Virus record (IMG/VR): IMGVR_UViG_3300037424_000618
Span: 1-44,417 of that record
DNA: 44,417 nt
From: a virus
Reading direction: 5' to 3' (one strand)
Each line of letters opens with the position of its first letter. The first letter of the stretch is position 1. Under the pieces are notes generated by a model that was not told the origin of the DNA, ran no database searches, and saw only the letters and a program-made list of their open reading frames with translations. Below, piece after piece: positions 41,666 through 44,417 of the stretch. A program made the position numbers and the translations under genes.

Positions 41666-42154
41666 TTAAAAGAGGTCTGAGAGGTCCAGACCTTCCGTTT
41701 CGCCTTCGGCCAGCTTGGCCTTCTTCTCAGCTCGTTCGAGGTCAATCTTGACTTTGGCCGCTTTCATCTGCGGGTTAGCCTTGATTGCCTTCAACTGGGC
41801 TTCGTCCATTTCGGCCAGCTTCGCCGCGCAGGCTTCAATCGGCTGGCCCGTGACCGCGGCAAGTGCCTCGGCCCAGATACCTCCAGTCGAAGTCCTTTCA
41901 CCCTTGATTGTCCAGTCACCGGATGCCAGCGCCGTAAACAGATTGGCCACATTATCCTGAGCCTCCTTCACCGATTTTGCCCCGGCGTAGGAATCGCCCA
42001 GCTTTTGTGCGAGGCCATGAATGGCCAGCCGAACAACCATCTCTTCCGAAAGGTCATTCAAACCATACCCTTCCTTCTGGCCGTCCGCCCAATCGAACAC
42101 CACCTGTCCGGTGACGCCATCACATATAACTGACTTCTTCGCAAACTTTACCAT
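41666..42154 (-). CDS. Early protein, paralog B of a two-member family (162 aa)
   Basis: ATG 42154 with GAGGA SD (the track start 42262 has none); first gene after the strongest early promoter; homologous to 38369..38869. Confidence 0.6.
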   Translation of the reverse strand: MVKFAKKSVICDGVTGQVVFDWADGQKEGYGLNDLSEEMVVRLAIHGLAQKLGDSYAGAKSVKEAQDNVANLFTALASGDWTIKGERTSTGGIWAEALAAVTGQPIEACAAKLAEMDEAQLKAIKANPQMKAAKVKIDLERAEKKAKLAEGETEGLDLSDLF

Positions 42155-42302
42155 GGTAATATCCTCACAAATCAAAGGGATTAAGCATGGGGGACCAATT
42201 CCCCCAGCTTTCATAGGTACTATTTCCCATCTGATATAAAGAGCAAGGAATCCAGTTCCCATCGGGCTAAAGGCCCGGACCGTCCGCTGGTCTATGGGAA
42301 AA

Positions 42303-42330
42303 ATTATACACCCCCCGGCCCATACGTCAA
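42303..42330 (-). promoter_or_regulatory. Early sigma70-type promoter (leftward) in the divergent control region
   Basis: Minus strand: TTGACG (42330-42325), 16-nt spacer, TATAAT (42308-42303). Confidence 0.7.
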
Positions 42331-42433
42331 CGACCGTTCATCGGCTTTTTTCTACCGCTCGTCGGCGAAAAACCAGACCCCTTCTTTCCCTCCCCCCGAA
42401 TTCCCGACTATTTTCCCAGGTCTTTTAACCCTA

Positions 42434-42463
42434 CCCCTGTGGGGCCATCACCCCCTAGGGGCC
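42434..42463. repeat. Two short G/C palindromes and a GGGGCC direct repeat in the divergent region
   Basis: CCCCTGTGGGG 42434-42444; CCCCTAGGGG 42452-42461; GGGGCC at 42441-42446 and 42458-42463. Confidence 0.6.
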
Positions 42464-42521
42464 TGGGAGGTGCGTCATCAAGTGGACAATAGCGGCCGCA
42501 CTGAAATTTTGGAATAGATTA

Positions 42522-42593
42522 TTGCATTTGGCCCAAAGGAATCCAATAATCCCACGCACCCATTTCCGCCCAGGCCCCTCCTCCTTATATAAT
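42522..42593 (+). promoter_or_regulatory. Candidate (weak) rightward late promoter(s)
   Basis: TTGCAT-17-AATAAT (42522-42550) and a perfect TATAAT at 42588-42593 with no recognisable -35; either would give a short leader to ATG 42621. Confidence 0.3.
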
Positions 42594-42620
42594 AGTCCCC
42601 AATATGTGAGGAGTTTTCTG

Positions 42621-43307
42621 ATGAGCAGCTTTGACCTGACAGGGCTTTGGGAGGAGGAAAGCGGGGAAGACTCCTTTATCCCCGTCCCCGAGCCTCAGGC
42701 CTTTGAGCCGACGGCGGAGGAGCTGGAAGCCGAGGAAGCTTTCCGGGAGACGCACGTGCAGATTCAGCAGATTTCCATCACTCACGATGCGATTGCGAAT
42801 TTCCTGGTGGCGAATCCAGGCAAGGGGCAAATGGCAAAGGCGGCGATGCACTTTGGAGTTACCCGCCCGTGGCTTTCCACCTTGGTCCATACCGACGCCT
42901 TCCAGGCTCACCTGCGGAACAAGCAGGATGAGGTCTTTGGGCAGGTCATTATGCCCCTTAAGGACAAGCTCGCAGGGGTGGCAGATATTGCCCTGGACCG
43001 GCTGGCGGATAAGCTGGAAGTGGAGGATGATACCAGAATCCTTGCTGACACGGCTGATAAGCTTTTGAATCGGCTCGGTTATGGCCCCAAGCCCGCCGGC
43101 GGAAATCCAGGGGTTCAGATGAACCAGAATAACTATTATGTGGACAAGGACATCCTGGCAGAAGCCAGGGAACGGACCAAGCGTAGAGGTGAAGATGAGA
43201 ACAGATACCTGCCCAATGCCGAGAGGGTTCAGGATAGTGAAGAATCCCATGAGGGTGGAACTGCGGGACGACCCGCCCGCCTTTTTGACAGCTCCGAAGA
43301 ATCTTAA
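42621..43307 (+). CDS. Putative terminase small subunit (HTH DNA-binding)
   Basis: ATG 42621 with GAGGAG SD (the track start 42522 is upstream of it); acidic N terminus, HTH-like GKGQMAKAAMHFGVTRPWLSTLV, helical middle; first gene of the late block, upstream of terL. Confidence 0.45.
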   Translation: MSSFDLTGLWEEESGEDSFIPVPEPQAFEPTAEELEAEEAFRETHVQIQQISITHDAIANFLVANPGKGQMAKAAMHFGVTRPWLSTLVHTDAFQAHLRNKQDEVFGQVIMPLKDKLAGVADIALDRLADKLEVEDDTRILADTADKLLNRLGYGPKPAGGNPGVQMNQNNYYVDKDILAEARERTKRRGEDENRYLPNAERVQDSEESHEGGTAGRPARLFDSSEES

Positions 43308-43713
43308 AGGAGCTCGTCGCGCTGGCATTAAGTATGAAGAGAAGGTTCAGGAGTTCCTGCTTCGGAAATATCCTGATAATTATGTACCGTCGCCCTGGAT
43401 TAGTTATTGGGAGGCTAAGGAAGTTAAAGCTTATTGGGCACAGCCGGATGGGCTTTTTATTGATGTGGTAGCTGGGCATATCATCATCGTGGAGGTTAAG
43501 CTAAAGCACACTTCGGATGCCTGGTGGCAGTTGGCGATGAAGTATCTTCCACTGGTAAAGGAGCTCTTCGGGAAGGAATTCAGCTATTCGCTTTTGGAGG
43601 TTACTAAGTGGCATGACCCGTCCACCTTGTTCCCTGTTCCATATCGAATGGTCCCGCGGGTTCACCTGCTTAAGCCGAATGAGTTTGGCGTGCATATCTG
43701 GAATGGCGTATGA
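43249..43713 (+). CDS. PD-(D/E)XK nuclease-fold protein between the terminase genes (start uncertain: 43138/43216/43249)
   Basis: QPDGLFIDVVAGHIIIVEVKLKH has the D ... E-x-K arrangement; stop overlaps the terL start (ATGA at 43710-43713). Confidence 0.5.
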   Translation: MRVELRDDPPAFLTAPKNLKGARRAGIKYEEKVQEFLLRKYPDNYVPSPWISYWEAKEVKAYWAQPDGLFIDVVAGHIIIVEVKLKHTSDAWWQLAMKYLPLVKELFGKEFSYSLLEVTKWHDPSTLFPVPYRMVPRVHLLKPNEFGVHIWNGV

Positions 43714-44417
43714 ATAAGGAAAAAAGTGAACTGACTCCGCGGGAGCTGATGATGCTTTCGGCAGAAGATTCGGAGTTTTATGGACGGTTCTGGTTTCCGA
43801 AGACCATGCGCCAGACTTCTCCTGACTTCCATGGCGAGATGTGGGCGGCGATGGAGGACCCAGATGCGCGATATATCGCTGAGATGATTTTCCGTGGTGG
43901 GGCGAAGACTACGCTGGCCAGGGTCTTTACCTCAAAGCGAATCGCCTTTGCCATGTCCAGGACGATTCTTTTTGTCTCGGAAACCCAGGACCATGCGAAG
44001 CGTTCCACCCGCTGGATTAAGCGGCAGATAATGTACAATAAGCCTTGGGCGGAGTTTTTCCAGCTTCGTCTCGGGGAGAAAAAGACCGATGAATGGCTGG
44101 AAATTTACCACGGAATTGATGAGGTGCCGATAACCCTTCTTGCGCTGGGGATTACGGGCCAGACCCGCGGGGTGAATATTGACGACTTCCGGCCTGATTT
44201 GATAATTGTGGATGACCCTTGTAACGAGGAGAACACTGCCACAGCGGAGGCGAGGAAAAAGACCTCAGACCTCTTCTTTGGCTCATTGCAGAAATCCCTG
44301 GCCCCGCCCACCGAGGCGCAGGATGCTAAGATGATTCTGCTGCAAACGATTTTGAATGGCCAGGATTTGATTGCTACCTGCCATAAGGACCCGCAGTGGA
44401 GAAGTCTAATTTTCTCC
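43710..44417 (+). CDS. terL: Terminase large subunit, N-terminal (ATPase) part; runs off the window end and continues at base 2 (after the 127-nt overlap)
   Basis: ATG 43710; MNKEKSELTPRELMM...; Walker A FRGGAKTT, Walker B PDLIIVDDP; no stop before base 44417; not in the ORF track because it is open-ended. Confidence 0.85.
   Translation, partial: MNKEKSELTPRELMMLSAEDSEFYGRFWFPKTMRQTSPDFHGEMWAAMEDPDARYIAEMIFRGGAKTTLARVFTSKRIAFAMSRTILFVSETQDHAKRSTRWIKRQIMYNKPWAEFFQLRLGEKKTDEWLEIYHGIDEVPITLLALGITGQTRGVNIDDFRPDLIIVDDPCNEENTATAEARKKTSDLFFGSLQKSLAPPTEAQDAKMILLQTILNGQDLIATCHKDPQWRSLIFS
44291..44417. repeat. Exact 127-nt terminal overlap, copy 2 (identical to 1..127)
   Basis: Same 127 bases as the window start; a k-mer-length end overlap is typical of a circular assembly path. 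Confidence 0.95.

Noticed and set aside
1-44417. Search by eye for integrase/repressor lysogeny genes, reverse transcriptase (DGR/retron), CRISPR arrays, tRNAs, and toxin-antitoxin or other defence islands
   Set aside because: I found none: no spaced repeat array, no YxDD-type RT motif, no tyrosine/serine recombinase-sized ORF and no cloverleaf candidate. tRNAscan and profile searches would be needed to be certain.

Overview
The window is one complete dsDNA phage genome, closed as a circle. Bases 1-127 are repeated exactly at 44291-44417, so the unique length is 44,290 bp, and the large terminase gene is split across that junction. There are two divergent, tightly packed gene blocks. (1) The plus-strand late block runs 42621 -> junction -> 22832. 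It encodes a putative small terminase, a PD-(D/E)XK nuclease-like ORF, large terminase, portal, scaffold, major capsid, a glycosyltransferase, an SGNH/sialate-O-acetylesterase-like plus LamG tail-spike candidate, a lysis cassette (M15 endolysin, holin candidates, overlapping i-/o-spanins), a tail fiber with 6 x 13-aa repeats, a sulfotransferase-like insert and an ejectosome-like set ending in a 1759-aa protein. (2) The minus-strand early/middle block runs 42154 -> 22860. It encodes many small unknown ORFs, a Cas4-like nuclease, an AAA_24/Sak4-like ATPase, a DUF669-like protein, a SAM methyltransferase, a ParB-DNA methyltransferase fusion, a family A DNA polymerase split into two ORFs (with an N-terminal UDG-like domain), a DUF1937-like protein and a DUF3987-like NTPase. 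I found no integrase, repressor, phage RNA polymerase, tRNA or CRISPR array. The layout looks like a virulent podovirus-type phage. The spanin lipobox, strong GGAGG-type ribosome binding sites and near-consensus TTGACA/TATAAT promoters point to a Gram-negative, non-Bacteroidota host. The most interesting items are these: a pair of diverged paralogous early genes, each with its own consensus promoter and terminator; an about 360-bp noncoding iteron plus AT-rich origin-like region; a GC-rich repeat island inside the minus-strand operon; three glycan-active enzymes inside the virion module; the split polymerase; and a nuclease ORF wedged between the terminase subunits. All functional calls come from motifs read by eye. 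No database search was run.
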